Shown here in pieces: positions 35,951 through 45,192 of a stretch of DNA of 64,000 bases. How positions within the stretch are numbered: position 1 is the stretch's first letter; the number at the start of each line of letters is the position of its first letter. Source of the stretch: Verrucomicrobiota bacterium (GTDB lineage: Bacteria > Verrucomicrobiota > Verrucomicrobiia > Chthoniobacterales > UBA10450); NCBI GenBank assembly GCA_003219125.1, contig QHPP01000111.1, positions 931-64,930 of the forward strand, written 5' to 3'. The notes under the pieces were generated by a model. The model saw only the letters and a program-made list of their open reading frames with translations. It had not been told where the DNA came from and searched no databases. A program made the translations under genes and the position numbers.

Positions 35951-36763
35951 ATGACGACACCGAAGGCAGCAAAAGAACTGGTGAATCTGGCCGGACAGAT
36001 TTGTGAGCTGGCAAAGAAAGCTGGGGAGGAGATTTTACATTTCTATCGTAACGGTGTGGTGGTAACCCGAAAGGAGGATACGTCGCCCTTGACACTGGCA
36101 GACAGGGCCTCGCACGATTTTCTGACAGAATCGCTGCGATCGATTCTTCCCGATACCATTGTCATCTCGGAAGAGTCCGCCGAAGCTGAGAGGCGGCCGC
36201 GGGCGGAGGCGGAGCGGTTCTGGCTGGTGGATCCGTTGGATGGGACAAAGGAATTTATCAAAGGAACAAACGAGTTCACCGTGAATATAGCTTTGATTGA
36301 AAAGGGGCATCCCATTCTCGGGATTGTGCATGCCCCGGCCCTTGACCTCACCTATTATGGAGTGAGAGAGGGTGGATCCTGGCAGGCGATAGGCTGTGAA
36401 CCGGCTAGGAGAATTCATACGCGACCGGCTAAATCCCCAGGTATGTCCGTAGTAGCCAGTAAAGATCATGCCGGGCCGATGGTTGAACAACTTTTGTCTC
36501 GCCTGCCAGCCCCTCACCTTCAAAGCATGGGAAGTTCTCTCAAGTTTTGCCTGGTCGCCGAGGGCAAAGCCGATCTTTACCTCCGAGATCTACCGACAAT
36601 GGAATGGGATACTGCGGCAGCACAATGCGTCGTGGAGGGAGCGGGCGGCGGCGTCTATTCGCTCGATGGCAAACCACTTGCTTACGGAAAAGACGCCTTG
36701 AGAAATCCCGCTATAATAACGGTCGGCGATCTCTCTTACAATTGGTCGGGACTGATCTCATAG
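35951..36763 (+). CDS. cysQ: 3'(2'),5'-bisphosphate nucleotidase (PAP phosphatase)
   Basis: ISEES and FWLVDPLDGTKEFIKGTNEFTVNIALIEKGHPILGIVHAP are near-identical in pattern to CysQ. WDTAA is also present. Confidence 0.85.
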   Translation: MTTPKAAKELVNLAGQICELAKKAGEEILHFYRNGVVVTRKEDTSPLTLADRASHDFLTESLRSILPDTIVISEESAEAERRPRAEAERFWLVDPLDGTKEFIKGTNEFTVNIALIEKGHPILGIVHAPALDLTYYGVREGGSWQAIGCEPARRIHTRPAKSPGMSVVASKDHAGPMVEQLLSRLPAPHLQSMGSSLKFCLVAEGKADLYLRDLPTMEWDTAAAQCVVEGAGGGVYSLDGKPLAYGKDALRNPAIITVGDLSYNWSGLIS

Positions 36764-36799
36764 GCCGAATTCTCGGTTGTAGCGATTGAGCGCGCGATA

Positions 36800-37714
36800 A
36801 TGAATGTGTTGGTGATCAAACTCGGTGCGACGGGCGATGTAGTGCGTAGCACACCGTTACTGCAGCGGTTGGAGGGAAATGTGACCTGGGTCACCGCGGC
36901 TAAGAATGTCATTCTGCTCGAGGGTGTGCACGAGAACTTACGCTGCCTTTCCTGGGAGGAACGGAACAAAGCATTGGGCGCGTCCTATGACCTCGCAATC
37001 AATCTGGAAGACACAATGGACGTCGCGCTCTTTCTGAAGAGCGTCCGCTGCAATGAGATCTTTGGTGCTTACATCGATTCCGCGAATTTATTGCGATACA
37101 CTAAAAATTCCGCTTCCTGGTTCGATCTTAGTCTCATCAGCGCGTACGGGAAAGAGGACGCAGACAAACTCAAGTTTCGAAATCGGCGCACATATCAAGA
37201 GATGATCTTTGAGGGCCTGAAGTTTTGCTTTACTGGCGAAAAGTATATGCTGCCTGAACCAATCGAGACTGGATTAATGGGAGACGTCGCTATCGCGGCC
37301 GACTCCGGCCCAGTCTGGCCGATGAAAAAATGGGCTTATTATGCGGAGTTGAAGGATGAGCTTGAAGCGAAAGACCTAAAGGTTAACGTCCTGCCGGCAA
37401 GGAATTCGCTTCTCGAACACCTCGCTGATGTTAGAAACCATCGCTGTTTGGTTGGTGGCGACAGCCTACCCATGCATTTCGCGCTTGGGACCGAGACGCC
37501 ATGTGTTACCCTGTTTAACTGCACCAGTCCGTGGGAGATCTACCACTATCGTATTCAAAAGAAAATAATCTCACCGCGTCTGGAAGAGTTTTTTTATAAG
37601 CGGGGTTTTGATCGGCGCGCAACTACCGCTATAACTGTTGAAGAGGTCCTACGCGAGGTCATGAGCCAACTTCAGGGTTCTGGCATCGTTCCAAATCATA
37701 GCATTGCAAAATGA
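36800..37714 (+). CDS. family 9 glycosyltransferase (heptosyltransferase-like)
   Basis: MNVLVIKLGATGDVVRSTPLLQRL is the typical GT9 N-terminus. GGDSLPMHFALG is present. Confidence 0.75.
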   Translation: MNVLVIKLGATGDVVRSTPLLQRLEGNVTWVTAAKNVILLEGVHENLRCLSWEERNKALGASYDLAINLEDTMDVALFLKSVRCNEIFGAYIDSANLLRYTKNSASWFDLSLISAYGKEDADKLKFRNRRTYQEMIFEGLKFCFTGEKYMLPEPIETGLMGDVAIAADSGPVWPMKKWAYYAELKDELEAKDLKVNVLPARNSLLEHLADVRNHRCLVGGDSLPMHFALGTETPCVTLFNCTSPWEIYHYRIQKKIISPRLEEFFYKRGFDRRATTAITVEEVLREVMSQLQGSGIVPNHSIAK

Positions 37715-39003
37715 CTGGCAACCGGAATGGATCTTTAGCAAAATTCTCTTCCGCAGATCGCTTGTCTCAGGGGCCACGCGAGCTGCGTCTTAAGGAAGAA
37801 GACTGCGCGGTGAATGAGCCTCGTGCGACCGTCGAAATCGCACTACTGACTGGGGGCGGAGATAAACCTTATGCGCTCGGGATGGCAGCCGCGCTTACAT
37901 CCGAGGGAATATTGCTTGATTTCATTGGAAGCGACGATCTGCAGGTGCCGGAATTACTCAACAATGCCCGCATCAATTTTCTTAATCTACGAGGTGATCA
38001 GTGCCCGAATGTAAGTCCCTTCGCGAAGGCGCGGCGAATCCTGAACTATTATATCAGGCTTGTTTGTTATGCGGCGACCGCAAGGCCAAAAATTTTTCAT
38101 ATTTTGTGGACTAACAAATTCGTCTTCTTTGATCGCACATTGCTGGTGGCGTATTACCGATTGCTCGGCAAAAGGATCGTCCTAACCGCTCATAACGTGA
38201 ATGCGGGAAGGCGGGATTCAAAGGATTCGTGGTTGAACCGATTTTCACTAAAATGTGAGTACACATTGAGCGATCACATTTTTGTTCACACAGAAAAGAT
38301 GAGGAACGAGCTCTCTGCCGAATTTGGCATTTCGCCAGGCAAGGTAAGCGTCATTCCGTTTGGAATTAACAACACAACCCTGAACACGAGCCTCTCGACG
38401 GGAGAGGCAAAACGTCGCCTGGGACTGGTCAACGACGATAAGGCCATACTATTTTTTGGAAATATAGCTCCTTACAAAGGGCTCGAATACCTTGCTACTG
38501 CGTTCGGGGAACTTTTACAGACAGACCCGAGCTACCGATTAATCATTGTCGGCAAGCCGAAAGGCGACGAGAACTACTGGGGTCGGATCCACCGAGCTAT
38601 CGTGCAGAGTGGCATCGCTGACCGGGTCATCGAACGGATAGAGTACATTCCGGACGAGGAAACGGAACTGTATTTCAAAGCAGCGGATGTTTTGGTTTTG
38701 CCCTATACCCACATTTTTCAGAGCGGCGTGCTATTTCTAGGGTACAGTTTTGGATTGCCCGCGATCGCGGCCGATGTCGGCTGCTTGAGAGAAGAGATAA
38801 TCGAGGGTGAAACAGGTTTAATTTTCGAGGCGCGGGATTCGTCCGCCCTTGCCCGAGCAATCGAGCAATACTTCGCAAGCGAATTGTTTCGGCAGCTTGA
38901 GCGTCGGCGATCGCAGATTAAAACTTATGCTAATGATCGATATTCATGGAGTAGAGTCGCGACGATAACGACTGGAGTCTATTCGGGTCTTCTGGAAAGC
39001 TGA
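37711..39003 (+). CDS. family 4 glycosyltransferase (GT-B fold)
   Basis: ATGA overlap with the upstream gene. LFFGNIAPYKG, ADVLVLPY, SGVLFLGYSFGLPAIAADVG and EGETGLIF form an E-x7-E type region. Confidence 0.85.
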   Translation: MTGNRNGSLAKFSSADRLSQGPRELRLKEEDCAVNEPRATVEIALLTGGGDKPYALGMAAALTSEGILLDFIGSDDLQVPELLNNARINFLNLRGDQCPNVSPFAKARRILNYYIRLVCYAATARPKIFHILWTNKFVFFDRTLLVAYYRLLGKRIVLTAHNVNAGRRDSKDSWLNRFSLKCEYTLSDHIFVHTEKMRNELSAEFGISPGKVSVIPFGINNTTLNTSLSTGEAKRRLGLVNDDKAILFFGNIAPYKGLEYLATAFGELLQTDPSYRLIIVGKPKGDENYWGRIHRAIVQSGIADRVIERIEYIPDEETELYFKAADVLVLPYTHIFQSGVLFLGYSFGLPAIAADVGCLREEIIEGETGLIFEARDSSALARAIEQYFASELFRQLERRRSQIKTYANDRYSWSRVATITTGVYSGLLES

Positions 39004-39051
39004 TAAAATGGTGTTATCGCGACGTCTCGCCTAGCAAGTTGACTTGAAATC

Positions 39052-39681
39052 ATGGACGCCAAAGTTGCATTAGCCAAGGTTGCAGCATCTCTCCAGGAAG
39101 GAGCAGAGTTGCGGGTGAAGGTCACCCACGATAATGCGCATGCGATCGTGGAGGCTTCTTCGCTGATTACGGGATGCTTGCGATCCGGTGGCAAGCTTTT
39201 GCTCTTTGGAAACGGCGGTAGCGCGGCGGACGCGCAGCATCTGGCTGCCGAGTTCATCGGCCGATTCAGTGGAGAACGCCGCGCCTTGCCTGCAGTAGCG
39301 CTGACGACAGATTCGTCCATTCTCACCGCGGTTGGCAATGACTACGGCTTTGAACAGATTTTTGCGCGGCAGATCGAGGGCTTGGGTCGGTCAAATGACG
39401 TGGCCATTGCGATCAGCACCAGTGGTAATTCCCCCAATGTCATCGCCGCCGTTCAGGCAGCCAGGAAGCAGGGGCTTAAAACCGTCGGACTCGCAGGCAA
39501 AGATGGTGGGATGCTCGCAAAATGTGTCGATGTAGCAATTACTGTTTCTGCGATAAACACTGCCCGAATCCAGGAGTGCCACATTGCGATCGGACATTTG
39601 TTTTGTGAACTAGTGGAATTAGATTTCTTGGAAACGAGTCTGCCCGAACCTGTCGATACCAAGTCATCTGCATTCCAATGA
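39052..39681 (+). CDS. gmhA: D-sedoheptulose-7-phosphate isomerase
   Basis: GGKLLLFGNGGSAADAQHLAAEF, AVGNDYGFEQIF, AISTSGNSPNV and GLAGKDGG are collinear with GmhA (SIS domain). Confidence 0.9.
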   Translation: MDAKVALAKVAASLQEGAELRVKVTHDNAHAIVEASSLITGCLRSGGKLLLFGNGGSAADAQHLAAEFIGRFSGERRALPAVALTTDSSILTAVGNDYGFEQIFARQIEGLGRSNDVAIAISTSGNSPNVIAAVQAARKQGLKTVGLAGKDGGMLAKCVDVAITVSAINTARIQECHIAIGHLFCELVELDFLETSLPEPVDTKSSAFQ

Positions 39682-40730
39682 AGCCTTTGGTGTCCATCTT
39701 AATACCAGCATACAATGCTGAGCCTTGGATCGCCGACACGATTAAGTCGGCACTTAACCAGACTTGGCCCAGGGCAGAGGTCGTCATTATCAACGACGGA
39801 TCTCGCGACCAAACCCTCTCAATTGCACAACAGTTTGCCTCGGAGAGGGTCTCCATCGTTTCTCAGGAAAATCAGGGTGTTTGTGCGGCGAGAAACAGAG
39901 CGTTTGAGCTTTGCCAGGGAGATTACATTCAATGGCTCGACGCAGATGATCTTCTGGCTCCGGATAAAATCGCAAAGCAGATGGAAGTAGCAGAGGCGTG
40001 TCAAAACAAACGAACGCTTCTTTCTTCGGCGTGGGGCTATTTCATTTTTCGAACGCACAAGGCCCAATTTGTGCCGACGCCGCTATGGTGTGATCTGACG
40101 CCGCTTGAATGGTTGCAGCGGCGACTGGGAAAAAATCTCCATATGAATCCGGCGACTTGGCTTGTTAGTCGTGAGTTGAGCGAAGCAACTGGGCCCTGGG
40201 ATACACGGCTCCTGGGAGGAGGCGCCGATGACGGCGAGTACTTTTGCCGGACCATCCTAGGATGCGATCGCATCCGCTTTGTGCCTGACGCTAAAGTATT
40301 CTATCGCATCACCGGCTCGGGACTGAGCAATATCGGCCTCTCCAGCAAGAAGATCGAGGGGCATTTTCTCGCCATGCAGTTGCAAATCGCCCATCTGCGC
40401 TCTCTCGATGATAGCAAGAAAACCCGGGCAATGTGTGTGAATTACCTCCGAAGGGCGCTCTTCAGATTTTATCCGGAACGTCCGGACATCGTTAAACAAG
40501 CGCAGCAGCTTGCTAAAGCGATGGGAGGTGAACTGGAATCTCCGCGATTATCCTGGAAGTACGCCTGGATACAAAAGCTTTTCGGCTGGAAAGCGACCAA
40601 GCGAGCCAAACACTACTATAATGAATGTAAGTCTTCTCTGATCCGGTCCTGGGATAAGAGCTTGTTTCGTCTGGAGGGCGTGATCGGGCAAAGCAGGACT
40701 GGACCATCCGGCGGCAAATCCCCCGCCTGA
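39678..40730 (+). CDS. family 2 glycosyltransferase
   Basis: ATGA overlap with the upstream gene. VSILIPAYNAEPWIADTIKSALNQT, VVIINDGSRDQT and WLDADD are present. Confidence 0.85.
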   Translation: MKPLVSILIPAYNAEPWIADTIKSALNQTWPRAEVVIINDGSRDQTLSIAQQFASERVSIVSQENQGVCAARNRAFELCQGDYIQWLDADDLLAPDKIAKQMEVAEACQNKRTLLSSAWGYFIFRTHKAQFVPTPLWCDLTPLEWLQRRLGKNLHMNPATWLVSRELSEATGPWDTRLLGGGADDGEYFCRTILGCDRIRFVPDAKVFYRITGSGLSNIGLSSKKIEGHFLAMQLQIAHLRSLDDSKKTRAMCVNYLRRALFRFYPERPDIVKQAQQLAKAMGGELESPRLSWKYAWIQKLFGWKATKRAKHYYNECKSSLIRSWDKSLFRLEGVIGQSRTGPSGGKSPA

Positions 40731-40749
40731 GCATTTCGGTTCGATTGCA

Positions 40750-42318
40750 ATGAACGTAGAAAATCCTAATTCTGTACACACCGGAATTCTTGCTGACAGG
40801 CCGGCAGAGTGCTCACCGGAGGAGGATCGCCATCAGGAGCACTTTAAAACCGACCATCTGCTAAGGAATCTCAAGGGGCATACAATTTCGAGCGGCGCGG
40901 TCACGGTGTCAGCCCAGGGAGCCAAGTTTGTCCTTAGTCTGGTCTCTACCATGGTTCTGGCGCGGCTGCTCATGCCGCGAGACTTCGGCCTGGTAGCGAT
41001 GGTAACGACGGTGACAAGCTTTCTGCGTGTTTTTAAGGATGCCGGCCTTTCCATCGCTACCGTACAACGAGAACGCATCACGCATGCGCAAGTTTCCAAT
41101 CTCTTTTGGATAAATGTCGCGGTAAGTATCGTGAGTAGTTTGGTGGTAGCAGCCATGGCCCCGGTCTTAGCCTGGTTCTATCGGGATTCACGGCTGGTTG
41201 GTATCACGCTTCTCTTATCAACAACCTACCTTCTGAGTGGCTCAACCGTTCAACACCAGGCCTTACTCAAACGGCAGATGCGTTTCAAAGCAATGGCGGT
41301 GATAGAGGTCGGTGCGCTCACCACCGGGGTGATTGTCGGAGTCGTTATGGCGCTGCTGGGATTCCGCTACTGGTCGTTGGTGGCCTCGAGCTTATCGATC
41401 GAGCTTGCCGGATTCTTGCTGACGTGGTCAATTTCGAAGTGGCGGCCGCAGTTGCCGAGCCGGCGCAGTGGAGTGGGGCCCTTAGTACGTTTTGGAGCCA
41501 ATCGAACGGCGAGCGATTTCATTACCTCGGTCGCTCGGGGTAGCGACAATCTTTTAATCGGGCGAGTTTTTGGCCCGGGCGCGGTAGGTCTGTATTCCAG
41601 AGCAAGCGATTTACTGATGCGGCCCCTGGAACAATTCCTTAGCCCCATCAACGCAGTTTTCTTGCCGGCTTTGTCCCGTTTGCAATCGCATCCAGAAAGA
41701 TACCGTTCTACCTTTCTGCGTGTCTATGAGGCTATCGCCCTAATAGGGTTCTTGTTCACAGGCTTGTTCCTCGCCCTGGCCCGACCTCTTACATTGGTAA
41801 TGCTAGGGCAAAGATGGGAACAGGCGGCGATGATTGTTGGCGGGTTTACCATTGCAGCGTTTTGCGTTCCACTAGCTAATTCGTCCACCTGGTTATTTAC
41901 AAGTCAGGGCCGTGGCAGGGATCTGTTGGCTGCACAGTCGATCAACGCTTGTGTCACGTTTTCCTCATTCCTTGTCGGCTTGCCATTCGGGCCAGTGGGT
42001 GTGGCAATCGCCTTTTCCGTGACAAGTCTCCTGGTTAGACTGCCCATCCTCTACTTCGCTGTAGGACGACGTGGTCCGGTGAGAACAACGGACTTGTGGA
42101 TGCGCTTCCTGCGGCACTTGCCTCTTTGGATTGTCGTCTTTGTTGTGACGTGGTTGACCCGTACGCTGGTTGGCAGCCTGGCCCCACTTGCTCAACTGGT
42201 CATCTGCGGACCGGTTGGCCTCATTGCCGCTGCTGCCGTCATTTACAATTCTCCTCCTCAACGAAAAGTGGCACTTCACCTTCTCGAGACGCTGCGAGAA
42301 TTGAAGAAAAAGCCGTAA
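40750..42318 (+). CDS. Wzx-type oligosaccharide flippase (polysaccharide biosynthesis protein, MOP superfamily)
   Basis: About 12-14 hydrophobic segments. The N-terminal LARLLMPRDFGLVAMV and AGLSIATVQ are typical of the family. Confidence 0.8.
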   Translation: MNVENPNSVHTGILADRPAECSPEEDRHQEHFKTDHLLRNLKGHTISSGAVTVSAQGAKFVLSLVSTMVLARLLMPRDFGLVAMVTTVTSFLRVFKDAGLSIATVQRERITHAQVSNLFWINVAVSIVSSLVVAAMAPVLAWFYRDSRLVGITLLLSTTYLLSGSTVQHQALLKRQMRFKAMAVIEVGALTTGVIVGVVMALLGFRYWSLVASSLSIELAGFLLTWSISKWRPQLPSRRSGVGPLVRFGANRTASDFITSVARGSDNLLIGRVFGPGAVGLYSRASDLLMRPLEQFLSPINAVFLPALSRLQSHPERYRSTFLRVYEAIALIGFLFTGLFLALARPLTLVMLGQRWEQAAMIVGGFTIAAFCVPLANSSTWLFTSQGRGRDLLAAQSINACVTFSSFLVGLPFGPVGVAIAFSVTSLLVRLPILYFAVGRRGPVRTTDLWMRFLRHLPLWIVVFVVTWLTRTLVGSLAPLAQLVICGPVGLIAAAAVIYNSPPQRKVALHLLETLRELKKKP

Positions 42319-42333
42319 ACAAGAACTACAACG

Positions 42334-43398
42334 ATGCAGAACGACGATCGAAGTGACTATAAATATGTGTTCGTGTGCGGTCTACACCGAAGCGGGACCA
42401 GCATGCTCGGCCGCAACATTGCGAGATTGGAGAATTGCACCGGCTTTAAGAACACCGGCGCAGACATGGACGAGGGACAACTCTTGCAGGATGTCTACAC
42501 CATCGATACCGAATTTGGCGGAGCTGGGAGATTCGGATTTGAACCAAGTACCCACCGGACAGAGACCTCAGAATTGTTGACGCCGGAGAACATCGCCAGA
42601 TTGCGCGCGAGCTGGCATGCCTACTGGGACAAGAGCAAGACGATCTGCGTGGAAAAAACTCCCGGAAACCTTCTGATGACGCGCTTTTTGCAAGCGGCAT
42701 TTCCCAACTCCTATTTTATCGTGGTCAAACGCCACCCTGTCCCAGTGAGCATCGCCAGCCAGAGGTGGAAGATCAATATAACCTCGTTGCACAGCCTTTT
42801 TGAGCACTGGCTGCATTGCCACGAGCTTTTTGAGCAAGACAAGAAGTATTTGAAGCGTGTATACGAATTAAGCTACGAAGACTACATTGCGGACCCTGCC
42901 CGCTATCATGCGGAAATTGCCGCCTTTATCGGCACACGCTTGCCGGAGCCGCCAAAGGAAGAGAAATTTTATTACGTGACCCAGTGGCGTAATCCGACGG
43001 GCTTGCGGGTTCCAGAACAAGCCATGGAAAACGTTACGGGAGCTCACAACCAGAAGTATTTTGACCGTTGGACAAAGCTGCTGACCGACTCCTCGTTCAG
43101 AGGGTATTATCGCTATATCGCGAGGAAATACGAGCCGCGCTTTACTCCCTACGGCTACTCTTTAACTAAAGGGATGGGAAAAAGTGAGGAAGCACTTTGC
43201 GGTGGCAGCAAAACCTACGCTGTGGTTGGGCCCTTATATTGCCTGGGGGCGGATGCGTTATTTTTCTGCTGGCGCTTTGGGCTTAAGCTGAGGTGGCATA
43301 CAAAACAGCGAATCAAAGCGCTTCTGCCGCAATTCGTGCTTATGAGAATCAGACAAGCGCGGGCGAGATCGGTGCGGCTCGGGCCGAAAGCGGCATAG
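42334..43398 (+). CDS. sulfotransferase-family protein (3 of 4; copy A of a duplicated pair)
   Basis: YKYVFVCGLHRSGTSMLGRNI is a 5'-PSB motif and VVKRHPVPVSIAS is present. It is highly similar to 45193-46296. Confidence 0.8.
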   Translation: MQNDDRSDYKYVFVCGLHRSGTSMLGRNIARLENCTGFKNTGADMDEGQLLQDVYTIDTEFGGAGRFGFEPSTHRTETSELLTPENIARLRASWHAYWDKSKTICVEKTPGNLLMTRFLQAAFPNSYFIVVKRHPVPVSIASQRWKINITSLHSLFEHWLHCHELFEQDKKYLKRVYELSYEDYIADPARYHAEIAAFIGTRLPEPPKEEKFYYVTQWRNPTGLRVPEQAMENVTGAHNQKYFDRWTKLLTDSSFRGYYRYIARKYEPRFTPYGYSLTKGMGKSEEALCGGSKTYAVVGPLYCLGADALFFCWRFGLKLRWHTKQRIKALLPQFVLMRIRQARARSVRLGPKAA

Positions 43399-43497
43399 CC
43401 GTTGGAGTCTTGCCCCTTTCTATCGTGCTAATTGTTGCAAAAGGACTGTTTCGCAACGCGATCCGTGTCGCGAATCCAAGGATGCTGAGCGAATGAC

Positions 43498-45153
43498 ATG
43501 ATTCAGAAGACTATTCGTGTTCATCCTTCGGTTGACGTATTGGACGCGCGTCTCCGTGAAGGGATGGCTAAGCTTACACCCGTGAGCTTCGTCAGTTGTG
43601 CCGACATCGCGGAGTGTCGGGATGGGGAGGCAGTGATTAGTCTTTCCGGAGACGACGAGGTGATCGGGAAATTGCCGGCCGGCAACCTTCGATGTTTCCA
43701 TCTGGCGGGCGCAGTTTCTCGCGAGGATACAGGGCTGGGTGGCAGCAGCATCGAGTTTGCTCAGTCGGAACGCCTGGACAGGCGGCTTCGTGGCCGAGCA
43801 CTCGTGCACCAACCGATACCCGGATATTCCGGCCTGAGAGCTGAGCCAGGCGATGAAATTCTGGCTCGTTGCGGAGGCAACCCGGTGTGGGTGGCCAGAC
43901 CTCGACCGGCCTCATCACTGGATGTCGTTTCTGTTCCTCTGCCGAAACTGGCGACGGGTGACATTTTGTTCGACTACTTCCACCGGAGTCGATTCTTCCA
44001 GGTGTTGCCGCTGTTGCATTTCTTGCGAGAAGTTACGGCGGGCACGGGCTGGGACTACCCTCCCTTAAGGGCGTGCCTGATGCTCGATGATCCCAATCTC
44101 CATTGGCCTTCATATGGATTTTTGCGCTACGAGAAATTGCTCAATGAAGCAAAATCCCGTGGCTTTCACGTGGCCTTTGCTACCGTGCCGCTTGACGCAT
44201 GGGTATCGCATCCCGCCGCAGTTAGGCTATTTCGGCGGCATCCCGAGCAGTTCTCGCTCCTGGCTCATGGCAACGACCATAGTAAGCATGAACTCTCCCG
44301 AAGCCGAACGGAAAAGGATTATCTTCGCCTCGCAGCGCAAAGTTTGCGCCGGATAGATCGTCTCGAAAAAAACACAGGGTTGCACGTCTCTCGGGTGATG
44401 GCACCACCGCACGGTGCTTGTACGGACGAATCCCTGGCTGCCCTTTTAGCGGCGGGCTTCGAGGGTGTTTGCGCCGCGACAAATCTTCTCCGTAAGGGAA
44501 ACCGTCGGCTGCACCATGCTTGTTTTGGGCTCAAGCTGGCGGAAATCGCGGCGGGGAGTGCTCCCGTAATTCCTCGATTCAAGTTGGACTCTTCTTGCGA
44601 GGACGCGATCGTAATTTCCGCTTTCCTAAACAAGCCAATTATTCCAGTCGGGCATCATCACACCGCTGTCGATGGGCTCGATCTGCTGAGCCACACGGCT
44701 GAGGTTGTTAATTCACTCGGCGATGTTCAGTGGCAGAGTCCGGAAAAAATCCTTCGCTCCAATTTTCGAACCTTCCGGGAGAACACGACGTTATGGATTG
44801 AACCCTATTCCTGCCGGATACAGTTGATCGTTCCTCCTGGAATTACGCATGTGGGCCTCTACGTCTTGGAAAATAATGGCGATAGCTACTCGAACTTCAC
44901 ATTCCTGGTCAGACAGGGCTCTCAGTCGCGGAATGGCCAGAAGATGAGCAGCGTGCCGCAGCCGGTTATGCCTGGCGACCATCTGGAATTCGTTTCGGTC
45001 GATCTGGGAAGAGTGAATTATCGCGAGGTAGCGCACCCTCAATTCTCCCTCTCTGTTCGCGCCCTTCCGCGGAGACTGTTCTGTGAGCTCAGGGATAGAT
45101 TCATGCCACTAATTCCGAGAGACATGATTCCCAAGGCATGGACTAGTGGCTAA
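43498..45153 (+). CDS. hypothetical protein, possibly deacetylase-like, lying between the duplicated sulfotransferase genes
   Basis: It is a long ORF. CLMLDDPNLHWPSYGF, LLAHGNDHSKHEL and VMAPPHGAC hint at a CE4/DUF-type beta/alpha barrel. The functional call is weak. Confidence 0.6.
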   Translation: MIQKTIRVHPSVDVLDARLREGMAKLTPVSFVSCADIAECRDGEAVISLSGDDEVIGKLPAGNLRCFHLAGAVSREDTGLGGSSIEFAQSERLDRRLRGRALVHQPIPGYSGLRAEPGDEILARCGGNPVWVARPRPASSLDVVSVPLPKLATGDILFDYFHRSRFFQVLPLLHFLREVTAGTGWDYPPLRACLMLDDPNLHWPSYGFLRYEKLLNEAKSRGFHVAFATVPLDAWVSHPAAVRLFRRHPEQFSLLAHGNDHSKHELSRSRTEKDYLRLAAQSLRRIDRLEKNTGLHVSRVMAPPHGACTDESLAALLAAGFEGVCAATNLLRKGNRRLHHACFGLKLAEIAAGSAPVIPRFKLDSSCEDAIVISAFLNKPIIPVGHHHTAVDGLDLLSHTAEVVNSLGDVQWQSPEKILRSNFRTFRENTTLWIEPYSCRIQLIVPPGITHVGLYVLENNGDSYSNFTFLVRQGSQSRNGQKMSSVPQPVMPGDHLEFVSVDLGRVNYREVAHPQFSLSVRALPRRLFCELRDRFMPLIPRDMIPKAWTSG

Positions 45154-45192
45154 TTTCCACCATCGATTCGGATCGGGCGGCAGTTAGAGCAA

